From an uncultured Gammaproteobacteria bacterium (GTDB taxonomy: Bacteria; Patescibacteriota; Microgenomatia; UBA10105; UBA927), in NCBI GenBank assembly GCA_964527425.1, contig CAZGOA010000004.1:35691-99690 (forward strand): a stretch of DNA of 64,000 bases. The letters are read 5' to 3'. Each line of letters starts with the position of its first letter. Within the stretch, counting starts at the first letter, position 1. Below the pieces are notes generated by a model. The model saw only the letters and a program-made list of their open reading frames with translations. It was not told the origin of the DNA and ran no database searches. Positions 1-8,348 of this stretch are shown here, piece after piece. The position numbers were made by a program, and so were the translations under genes.

Positions 1-2749
1 ACTCATCACCTAAAGCTAGCGTTACTTCATCAACAACAGCCTGTTGTCTCTCGTTTAAATGGCCATGTTCATAGTTAATCGGTGAAACTCCGTTAAACGC
101 GAGTTTTTCATTAATAATTCTATACCTTCTACTTAGAGCTTCGACGAGTTGAGAAGCGTTTTGAACAGGTTCACCATTTACACCTTTTATTCCATTAAAC
201 ACACCATTCGCTCTCCATATATTAAATTGCTCAACTGCATCTTTTGATTTACCATCAATCATCACATCTAAAATTGTTTGCGGTCTGAATTCTGCAATTT
301 CATGCCACATATCATGAATTTTATGTTCCGCTTTGTGATGATCATCATGTGATTCCGCACCTAAAAAATCTGCACCTGCCATACGCAATCTCATACCCAT
401 TGCAATTCCTCTGGCGTGACCTTCCCCTTGTCCATACATTTGATCTGCCTGTTTAATATATTCTGCAATTCTCCATGTCGATGAAAAATAATCATTATGC
501 CCAGGAAATCCACCTAAAACACTTTCGCCTACTTTAGTTTTTATTGCATAAAATAAATCATCATTAGAGACATCTTCCCATCTTTTAGGGATATCTTTTT
601 CTGATCTTCGAGAACCAGTTTTCATATCTACACTATAAAAAGATTCCAAATTACCAGGGTTTTCATTAAAATATTCTTGCAAAAACTCAAGAGCTTCTGG
701 ACTTCCCTTACTGATTCCTTGCCTGCTCATGTATTCATGAATTTGATGATCGACATCTCTTCCAATGCCTGTAGAATTTGCAGCCATTAAAGAAGCTTGC
801 CTTAACATGGCTTTCTTACCTGGATTTAAACGCATGTAGCGCTCCATATGTCTAATAAGATCCATGCTTTCAATTAACATTTCGTTAGAATCACGTATGA
901 ATGATGATGGTTCCTGATCAATAGGTAACGGTTTTCTTGCTCGTAATAATGGCAATAAATCTCGTTGAGAAATTACGGCTACGTCTTCTGCTAACAACAT
1001 TAGAGATTCAACATCACTTTCTTTGATTTTTCTTTTATTATTTCTCTCCTCTATTTCATTTTCTGGTAAAATTTTGTTAAGTGGATCATTACCTTTGCCA
1101 AAGGTATTACGGTACATATCGTTATACAATTCGGCTTCTTGTAATAATTCATTCTTTAATTTCTCATTAACTTCTTTATATGTATAAGCGGTAATCCTTC
1201 TTAATTTCCCGTCTTTATCTCTTCTCGCCTCATTTAACATTTCAATATATTTTTGATACACAACATCTACCATACCGCCTTCTTGAGATAAAACGTGATG
1301 CATTCCTTTGGTACCCACACCGCTCAAGATTTTTTTTGCCGATTCTGGATCTCCTGTTTTTGAAATAATATATGAAGAATACATTACTCCCATGCGGTAA
1401 TTCAAAATATCTTTCACTTCTTCTAAATCTCTCATTCGTTGCTCCACAAATTGATCAACTAAACCATCACCATTTTGACTTAATAAATCATAATAACTTA
1501 CTCCATCAATTTTTTTTCTTCTTAAAAATGTCAAAGCGTTCTCTCTAGTATTTCGCAGTGTAATATAATCCTGAAATAAACTGATTTGTTGTTGAATTTG
1601 TTGAGCGCTTTCTTGATTGGCGTTTTCAAATTCTTTACGCACACTTCGCAATAAATTTTCAACTCCACCAAAAGGATCTTCATACAATTCTTCTATGCCG
1701 TCCTCAGTAAGTTCAAACCGGCTAAGTCGATTAAACTCTTCGTTTTGAGGTCTTCTATTATTTAAATCACGAATTGAACGTTGTATAGAATCTTCTTCTG
1801 GATCATTTGATTGAGATTCAACATATGTATTAGTTTTTTTAGGATTTATCAATGACTCTTTTCTATCGTTAACTCTTCCTTTAACCTTCATTATCATTAC
1901 TTTTTGCTCTTGAGTTAAATTGTTAAATTCTGAAGATTTTATAAGTTCATCAATTTCTCTATCATACAGGACTAGCCAATCTTCATCTTCAGATTGACCT
2001 GCATTTAACTTTTGCTCAAGCACTAAAATCTCATCTCTTATTTTTCCTACTGGTAATGATTCTAAATCAAGATCATATAAGATACCCACATCTTCTTTTA
2101 ATACCTCTGCTAATTCTTGTATTTCAGGAATGTCACCGTATACTTTTTTCATTTCTTTAAGATACTCCTTGGCTTCCTTGGCAGCTGGAGATCCAAAGCC
2201 TGTGGCAACCGCAATACTAACCAAGTCTACAGCAACCTCTTTAGCAATATCTGAATCAGTTTTTCCTTCTTCTGGTTCTGAATATAATTTATTTACTGCT
2301 GCTAAGGTGCGTGCATCACTGGGATCAGTTTTGATAACAGCTCGCGCGTTATCAAAATTTGGGTTATCAATTTTTTCTTGTTTGTTTTTTTCAAAAACAT
2401 CTAATGATTCACTATCCGGATCAATTTTTCCTAACCAATATGCCTCTGGAACTCTCGCACGAAGTTTTTGTTCCATGCTGGATTGTGCATCACGAAAAGT
2501 TTCGATAATTCCTTTAAAAGGTGGCAACACTTGTTTAACATCTTTTTCAGGTGGTGGAAACAATTTTTTAAAAACGTCTGGAATAGTACGTTTATCATCA
2601 GTTTTTAGCGGAGCTTTTACTGTTTTATCAGCTACTCTAGTAGTTATTTGTTTTGCAGCCTCAAGAAGAACCTCACCAATGGGCTTGGCTTTTTTTTCTT
2701 CTTCTTTTTTTGTGGCATCAAACCCTCCATACCGTTCTATTCTAGCCAT
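1..2749 (-). CDS. Very large hypothetical soluble protein; the N-terminus is complete (ATG at 2749) and the C-terminus runs beyond the window edge. No membrane-spanning helix was seen, and there is a His-rich patch (HDDHHKAEHKIHDMWHE).
   Basis: I translated the minus strand by hand from the ATG at 2749 down to position 1: more than 916 codons with no stop. The sequence is charged and alpha-helical in character (MARIERYGGFDATKKEEEKKAKPIGEV...). The ORF track omits it because the stop codon lies outside the window. The plus-strand ORF 2130..2813 is its antisense shadow. Confidence 0.65.
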   Translation of the reverse strand, partial: MARIERYGGFDATKKEEEKKAKPIGEVLLEAAKQITTRVADKTVKAPLKTDDKRTIPDVFKKLFPPPEKDVKQVLPPFKGIIETFRDAQSSMEQKLRARVPEAYWLGKIDPDSESLDVFEKNKQEKIDNPNFDNARAVIKTDPSDARTLAAVNKLYSEPEEGKTDSDIAKEVAVDLVSIAVATGFGSPAAKEAKEYLKEMKKVYGDIPEIQELAEVLKEDVGILYDLDLESLPVGKIRDEILVLEQKLNAGQSEDEDWLVLYDREIDELIKSSEFNNLTQEQKVMIMKVKGRVNDRKESLINPKKTNTYVESQSNDPEEDSIQRSIRDLNNRRPQNEEFNRLSRFELTEDGIEELYEDPFGGVENLLRSVRKEFENANQESAQQIQQQISLFQDYITLRNTRENALTFLRRKKIDGVSYYDLLSQNGDGLVDQFVEQRMRDLEEVKDILNYRMGVMYSSYIISKTGDPESAKKILSGVGTKGMHHVLSQEGGMVDVVYQKYIEMLNEARRDKDGKLRRITAYTYKEVNEKLKNELLQEAELYNDMYRNTFGKGNDPLNKILPENEIEERNNKRKIKESDVESLMLLAEDVAVISQRDLLPLLRARKPLPIDQEPSSFIRDSNEMLIESMDLIRHMERYMRLNPGKKAMLRQASLMAANSTGIGRDVDHQIHEYMSRQGISKGSPEALEFLQEYFNENPGNLESFYSVDMKTGSRRSEKDIPKRWEDVSNDDLFYAIKTKVGESVLGGFPGHNDYFSSTWRIAEYIKQADQMYGQGEGHARGIAMGMRLRMAGADFLGAESHDDHHKAEHKIHDMWHEIAEFRPQTILDVMIDGKSKDAVEQFNIWRANGVFNGIKGVNGEPVQNASQLVEALSRRYRIINEKLAFNGVSPINYEHGHLNERQQAVVDEVTLALGDE

Positions 2750-2818
2750 ACCTGTATTTTATCCCTTTATTACAATCTCCTCAAGCAGAAGACCTAATTT
2801 ATTGCTTTTTTAAGACAC

Positions 2819-3598
2819 TCATGGAACATACGGGAGATTGCGCTTAAATGCGTTCTTCTCTACCCTGGACAGAATCTTGTCAACTGATTGTTCATTTTTC
2901 AGAACATTTTTTACCTCTTCCTCGCTCTTTTGTTGATCAAAGTACAACTTTAAAGCACTATCTGCCTGCTCATAGGTAAAACCCAATTCCTGCTCATCTG
3001 ACTGGCCTTCCCAAAGATTTGCAGACGGCGGCTTAGTCAGAATATTAGTGGGCACTTGTAAATACTCCGCAATTGTATAAATCTGTGTTTTATACATTTC
3101 CCGTAGTGGTTCTATGTCACTTGCTTCATCACCATACCGTGTATAGTACCCAAGATAATGCTCGCTTTTATTTTCTGTTCCTATGACAAGCGCATTTCTT
3201 TTTTTAGCCATATCATATAAAAGAATCATTCGAACACGAGCCATGATGTTTCCTTTTCGTATAGCATCCATAGTGTTGTCAAGCTTAACAAATACATCCA
3301 CAATACTCTGAATATCCTGTTCTACTACGTGTTCAGCCGGTATACCACAGCTTGAAATGACCTCTCTGGCATGAAGGACAGACTGCTTACCTAATTCTCC
3401 ATACGGCATCAGAACCGGAAACACATGCTCAACACCTAAAGCATTTACAGATAGACATAAACTTGTGGCTGAATCAACACCTCCTGAAACACCAATAACA
3501 ACATCTTGAAAACCTTCTTTTGTTACAGTTGACTTGATAAATTGCGTAAGCTCATCAACAATAACACTCGGGTTAATGATAAATAGATCTTTGTTCAT
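2819..3598 (-). CDS. nadE: NH3-dependent NAD+ synthetase
   Basis: N-type ATP-pyrophosphatase motif GVSGGVDSA, about 260 aa, and overall similarity to NadE. Confidence 0.8.
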   Translation of the reverse strand: MNKDLFIINPSVIVDELTQFIKSTVTKEGFQDVVIGVSGGVDSATSLCLSVNALGVEHVFPVLMPYGELGKQSVLHAREVISSCGIPAEHVVEQDIQSIVDVFVKLDNTMDAIRKGNIMARVRMILLYDMAKKRNALVIGTENKSEHYLGYYTRYGDEASDIEPLREMYKTQIYTIAEYLQVPTNILTKPPSANLWEGQSDEQELGFTYEQADSALKLYFDQQKSEEEVKNVLKNEQSVDKILSRVEKNAFKRNLPYVP

Positions 3599-4164
3599 GA
3601 ATGATATAAGTCATGTTCTGTTATATAGTCATTAACCGTAGGGGCAACAAAACCATATAAAGACAGACGACGCATGACCCTATCTCTTACTTTAGTAGAA
3701 GAAATATTGCTGACGATTAAACTACTGTCATTTACCATAGTCATATTCTCATATAACGGCTCGTTAGGATAACCATATCGAGGAAAAACAAAAAAAGGAA
3801 GTCGCTTAAGTAATTCTTTCCAGTTTCCCCATAAATGAAAGGTGGGTAACTGATCAGATCCAATGACAAAATGATACGTATGTTCTTGAGGCAAAAAAGG
3901 CAGCAAATTAATTGTGTTTCCATCTAATTGATTATCAATTTCTAGAGAGGAAACAGAAAATCTTGGTTCCTGGGACTCTTTAACCATACGTTCTACCATG
4001 GATAAACGATGTCTGGGATCTACAGCTTCTTTTCGAAATGTATGTTTATATGAAGGAAGAAACCATATTGCTTCACAGTCTGTAAAATCTAAAACTTGTT
4101 GTGCAATTAATAAATGTCCTAAATGTGGTGGATTAAACATCCCACCAAGTAAACCTACCTTCAT
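3595..4164 (-). CDS. nadD: Nicotinate-nucleotide adenylyltransferase
   Basis: N-terminal GGMFNPPHLGHL, which is the (H/T)xGH nucleotidyltransferase motif. Its start overlaps nadE by 4 nt and its end overlaps the upstream ATPase gene by 4 nt. Confidence 0.8.
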   Translation of the reverse strand: MKVGLLGGMFNPPHLGHLLIAQQVLDFTDCEAIWFLPSYKHTFRKEAVDPRHRLSMVERMVKESQEPRFSVSSLEIDNQLDGNTINLLPFLPQEHTYHFVIGSDQLPTFHLWGNWKELLKRLPFFVFPRYGYPNEPLYENMTMVNDSSLIVSNISSTKVRDRVMRRLSLYGFVAPTVNDYITEHDLYHS

Positions 4165-6359
4165 ATAATTTTTTTGGTATACCTCTCTCTTGAAGATCTT
4201 ACTACTTTTTGTCTGTTTTGATTTCTGCTCTTTGGCAGTGGGAGTGTTATAGCAGAAAAGGGATTCGATGTTTGATTATCAATAGATAATTTTAATACTG
4301 TTTGGTAATTACCTAGCCCCACAAGTTCCTCTTCTTTATATTTTTGTCCAAACTCTCTTGACAGAATTTGTGCATCTTGTGCTCCTACGCTAAATGAAGC
4401 AATTGATCCGCAGTTACCAAAAATAGCTTTTTGAACGTCCTCATCTATTTGTCCAATATATTGATTTGCCAACATAAGATTTAGTCGATATTTTCTCGCT
4501 TCTGATAAAATTTTAATAAAAGATGATGTAGCAAAATTCTGAAACTCATCCACATATAAATAAAAATCTCGACGATCTTTTTCTTCTATATATACTCGAT
4601 TCATAGCCGCCAGCTGCATTTTGGTAATCATCATTGCACCTAATAAAGCACTATTGTCTTCACCCAGTTTCCCTTGTGATAAGTTCACTAACACAATTTT
4701 ACCTTGATTCATCATATCTTCTAGATTTATTGTCGAAACCGGACTGCCGACAATTTGACGAATTGTTTGAGAAGATAAAAACTGTCCAACTTTATTAAGA
4801 ATTGGTGATATTACTTCACTTTTCATTTGTGGACTAAACTGCCCGAATTCATTTATCCAAAAATTTTTAAGCACTTGATCCTCTAACCTTTCTACAATTT
4901 TACTTCGATACTTCTCGTTGGCTAATAATTCTGGAACCTGTAACAGGGTTGCGTTAGGAACAGAAAGTAGCGTCAGAATCGTATTTCGCAAGATATATTC
5001 CAGTCTCGGTCCCCAACTATGGGCATAGAGTTTATAAAAAATAGACACTATTCCTGATGAGACAAGCTCTTTATATACAGGATTTTTAACTTCTAACGGG
5101 TTAAGGTGAAAAGGGTGTTCAATGTCTGCTGGATCTAAATATGCCACATCATTAATTCGATATGAAGGAATAAAATCCAACAACACATCACATAAATCTC
5201 CATGAGGATCAATAATCGCTACACCTTCTCCATTTCTCATATCATTAATAACCATGTTTGCAATCATGGTCGATTTTCCTGTTCCGGTTTTTCCAACAAC
5301 ATACAGATGTTTTCTTCTGTCATCTTTTTTTATACCAAATGTAGCAGTGGTATTTTTATACTCAGTTCTAGCAAAAAAGTTTATCTTTTTCTTCTCTTCT
5401 TCATTGTCTACAGACACAGGAAGGTTGTCTGGTGCCTCCCCTATTAAACGCGATCCCCAGGAAATATTTTTTACTAAAGATAGAGACAACCCAGGGGGAT
5501 GCCAGAGAGAAGCTGTCTCAGAAACACTCAATATTTGATTTCGAGGAATAAAACCATCAGTCCGTTCCATCATTACTTTTACAAACTTATTTTTAAATAT
5601 ATTCCAAGGTTCAGATAATACCAATCCATTCCCCTCGCCCTGTGTAAAGACACCAAATGATCCAGCAAGTTCGTTGAGCACATGTTTAGCATGTTGCTGG
5701 TCTGGTCCTACCACCAACACCCGCAAAGCAGCTTTAAATCCTGTTTGTGTTGTTTTGGTTTCAATGAGTGATGCATACGGATGTGCTTTTGCCTTACCAG
5801 GATTATTGGGATCTGGAACACCTTTTGAGACAATTCGTGCCGCAGATTGTTGCCAACCATGTCCAGCTGGCCTCATCCATAATTGAATTGCTACTGCTTC
5901 TTTACTGGATAATTTAGCCATTTGACCGAACACACTGGCTAACATATCAATATCTTTTATTTCTCTATATGTTTTGAGTGGATAATAATACGAGTTTGAT
6001 AATACTAACTGCCCTACTACATGCGGATGTGCTACGAAATGACTCATATAATCTTCTACTTCTAAAAAGATTAGTTTGGGATAGTGAGCAGTCATTTGAC
6101 TCTGGACATATGTCACCAGTGTTTGGGGAATGTTAATAAACAAATGAATTCGTGTGTTTACTGAAATTATTTCAAAAGAAAACATGGGTGCAGTATGAGA
6201 ACGAAATAATCTGCCCAATACTCCCCCGTGATGAGAAGAAGAGCCTAAAGCCGCAAAAATCTGTTCCATTGCCAATGGGGACTCTTCACTATCTTTACTG
6301 TTTCTTATTTCCAGCAAAATACGCTTATTTTCCATCTGTTTAATGGTATCACACAGCAA
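4161..6359 (-). CDS. VirD4/TraG/TraD-like type IV secretion coupling ATPase (paralog 1), carrying an N-terminal extension of about 330 aa
   Basis: Walker A YVVGKTGTGKST followed by DPHGDL, and a Walker B-like YVDEFQNF. It is paralogous to 57821..60169. No N-terminal membrane-spanning helix is apparent. Confidence 0.7.
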   Translation of the reverse strand: MLCDTIKQMENKRILLEIRNSKDSEESPLAMEQIFAALGSSSHHGGVLGRLFRSHTAPMFSFEIISVNTRIHLFINIPQTLVTYVQSQMTAHYPKLIFLEVEDYMSHFVAHPHVVGQLVLSNSYYYPLKTYREIKDIDMLASVFGQMAKLSSKEAVAIQLWMRPAGHGWQQSAARIVSKGVPDPNNPGKAKAHPYASLIETKTTQTGFKAALRVLVVGPDQQHAKHVLNELAGSFGVFTQGEGNGLVLSEPWNIFKNKFVKVMMERTDGFIPRNQILSVSETASLWHPPGLSLSLVKNISWGSRLIGEAPDNLPVSVDNEEEKKKINFFARTEYKNTTATFGIKKDDRRKHLYVVGKTGTGKSTMIANMVINDMRNGEGVAIIDPHGDLCDVLLDFIPSYRINDVAYLDPADIEHPFHLNPLEVKNPVYKELVSSGIVSIFYKLYAHSWGPRLEYILRNTILTLLSVPNATLLQVPELLANEKYRSKIVERLEDQVLKNFWINEFGQFSPQMKSEVISPILNKVGQFLSSQTIRQIVGSPVSTINLEDMMNQGKIVLVNLSQGKLGEDNSALLGAMMITKMQLAAMNRVYIEEKDRRDFYLYVDEFQNFATSSFIKILSEARKYRLNLMLANQYIGQIDEDVQKAIFGNCGSIASFSVGAQDAQILSREFGQKYKEEELVGLGNYQTVLKLSIDNQTSNPFSAITLPLPKSRNQNRQKVVRSSRERYTKKII

Positions 6360-6436
6360 TCAAGAATGAGAATTTGTGGTTAATCTACGTGAAATGAAAA
6401 AATATTAGTTTTCACGATCAGTACGCGACATTCTGC

Positions 6437-7669
6437 TTGCTTGAACACAAAAAAGCACTTACAATGATACATATGCTAGAACAGCACCCTGTTCCTCAAA
6501 ATGTCACGACGTTTCAGTTTAGATTAATTGGTGACATGACGCTAAAACAATTCGGCTATCTTGCCGGGGGGGCGATATTGGCATACATTTCTTATAATTT
6601 ACCTCTGCCATTCTTTTTTACGTATCCGTTAACTGCAATTTTTGCTTTTGGTGCAATTGGATTTGCCTTTATTCCTGTAGAAGAACGCCCTATGGATGTA
6701 TGGTTTGTTTCTTTTGTAAAAAGCATCTATAGTCCTACTCAATATGTATGGCAACGTGAAGAGATGAGTTCTCCTAAACAATCTTCGCCAGTTATTGGTA
6801 TGGGTCCATTAACTCAAATTATTGACCGCATTCTGCCTATCCCAAAACCACGTCAGGTGCCATCCACTTCACAACCTACAACAACGACACAGACTCAGTC
6901 ACCACTTGCTCCGCTATCACAAGGTTTGTCTTTTTTAAAATCAAAATCTCTAAACCTGAACACTTCACAAAAGCCAGCGTTTCAATCACTAACTCCCGTT
7001 ATGGCTAGTACACCTATCCCTCAAAAAACTGCAGGACAAACAAATCCACCACCAACTCCTGAACCTGCACAACAACCCGATGATTCCAAGCCGACTCTTA
7101 CGAGTCTAGAGCAACGCCTAAAACAAATGGAGGAACAGCTGGAGAAAGAACGTCAAGAGAAACAACGCTTAGCCACAATCCACGAACAACTTTTACAAAC
7201 TCAACAAGAAAAAAAATTATTAGAAGAAGAGCTGCAAAAAATTAAACAAAACATACAACCTTCTGTGCCAGATAAAAAGGATGATATTGTAAAGCAGGCA
7301 GGAATACCGGTTCCACCACAACAACCAGTAGTTTCTAGTTTATCGAGTCAACCAAATGTGATAACCGGCATTGTCCGTGAACAAAATGGTAATCTGCTGG
7401 TAGGCATTTTGGTCACAGTAAAAGACAAAGATGATATTCCAGTTAGAGCTCTTAAAACCAATAAATTGGGCCAGTTTGCTTCTTCTACTCCCTTAAACAA
7501 TGGAACATATACGATAGAAGCAGAAGATCCCAAAAAACAATTTTCGTTTGATTTGGTTGATGTAACACTCTCTGGTCAAGCCTTAACACCACTTCAGCTT
7601 ATTGCAAAATCAAAACAGCAACTCGAAAGACAACAACTTGAACGTGCTCTGTTTGGAAACAAACAATAA
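6437..7669 (+). CDS. Membrane protein with two N-terminal membrane-spanning helices (PrgI/VirB3-like position), then a Pro/Thr/Gln-rich low-complexity region, a coiled coil and a C-terminal beta-sandwich domain resembling a carboxypeptidase-regulatory domain
   Basis: Hydrophobic helices LAGGAILAYISYNLPLPFFFTYPLTAIFAFGAIGFAFIP. The gene sits immediately upstream of the VirB4 homolog. The C-terminal segment ITGIVREQNGNLLVGILVTVKD...GTYTIEAE fits the pattern of a CarboxypepD_reg-like domain. Confidence 0.45.
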   Translation: MLEHKKALTMIHMLEQHPVPQNVTTFQFRLIGDMTLKQFGYLAGGAILAYISYNLPLPFFFTYPLTAIFAFGAIGFAFIPVEERPMDVWFVSFVKSIYSPTQYVWQREEMSSPKQSSPVIGMGPLTQIIDRILPIPKPRQVPSTSQPTTTTQTQSPLAPLSQGLSFLKSKSLNLNTSQKPAFQSLTPVMASTPIPQKTAGQTNPPPTPEPAQQPDDSKPTLTSLEQRLKQMEEQLEKERQEKQRLATIHEQLLQTQQEKKLLEEELQKIKQNIQPSVPDKKDDIVKQAGIPVPPQQPVVSSLSSQPNVITGIVREQNGNLLVGILVTVKDKDDIPVRALKTNKLGQFASSTPLNNGTYTIEAEDPKKQFSFDLVDVTLSGQALTPLQLIAKSKQQLERQQLERALFGNKQ

Positions 7670-7685
7670 TTTTTAATAAACATAT

Positions 7686-8348
7686 ATGTCTCAACCTGTC
7701 ATTCCGATTCGTTCTTCATCACAACAATTTACCGAAATTGAAGATATTGACAGAGACTTAGTTATGTTTCGCGATGGTTCTTGCGCAATGATATTATCTA
7801 CAACTGCTGTAAACTTTGGCCTGCTTTCTGAAAAAGAACAGGAATCATTGATATATGCTTATGCGGGGTTGTTAAATTCTCTGACGTTTCCCATGCAATT
7901 GCTCATTAGAACACAACAAAAAGATATTACTTCTTATCTTGAGGCACTCAAAGAACAAGAGCAAAAACAAAAAAACCCAAAGCTTGCGTACAGTATTCAT
8001 GGATATAGAGAATTTATTTCTCAAACAGTAAAAGAAAAAAATGTCTTAGATAAAAAATTTTATTTGGTTATTCCCTTTTCCAGCCTTGAAATTGGGAATT
8101 CGGCAAATGTTCTTTTTGGCAGCAAACAAAAAGGCCTTCCTTACCCAAAGGCACATATATTTGACAGAGCACAGATGGTGTTAGCACCGAAGAAAGACCA
8201 GATGATTCGCTTGGTGAGCAGACTGGGTTTAAAAGTAGATCAACTCAATACGGCTCAGTTAAAACGGTTTTTCTTTACTGTATACAATCCTGGAATACCC
8301 ATACCTGAAAGCATGACCGAAGAAAATTCTATAAAGGATACTCCATGA
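7686..8348 (+). CDS. VirB4-like ATPase, N-terminal domain fragment (about 220 aa)
   Basis: FTEIEDIDRDLVMFRDGSCAMILSTTAVNFGLLSEKEQESL matches the conserved N-terminal domain of VirB4/CagE/TrbE. The gene ends in an ATGA overlap with the next ORF. Confidence 0.55.
   Translation: MSQPVIPIRSSSQQFTEIEDIDRDLVMFRDGSCAMILSTTAVNFGLLSEKEQESLIYAYAGLLNSLTFPMQLLIRTQQKDITSYLEALKEQEQKQKNPKLAYSIHGYREFISQTVKEKNVLDKKFYLVIPFSSLEIGNSANVLFGSKQKGLPYPKAHIFDRAQMVLAPKKDQMIRLVSRLGLKVDQLNTAQLKRFFFTVYNPGIPIPESMTEENSIKDTP

Noticed and set aside
2130-2813. 227-aa plus-strand ORF from the track
   Set aside because: It lies entirely antisense to the continuous >916-codon minus-strand ORF (1..2749). Its composition is Ser/Leu-rich and low in complexity, which is typical of a shadow frame.
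3741-3923. Small ORFs nested inside larger genes (for example 3741..3923, 5202..5538, 9844..10089, 12078..12367, 30336..31253, 42837..43111)
   Set aside because: They are all embedded in, or antisense to, strongly supported conserved genes and have biased low-complexity composition. They are treated as spurious.
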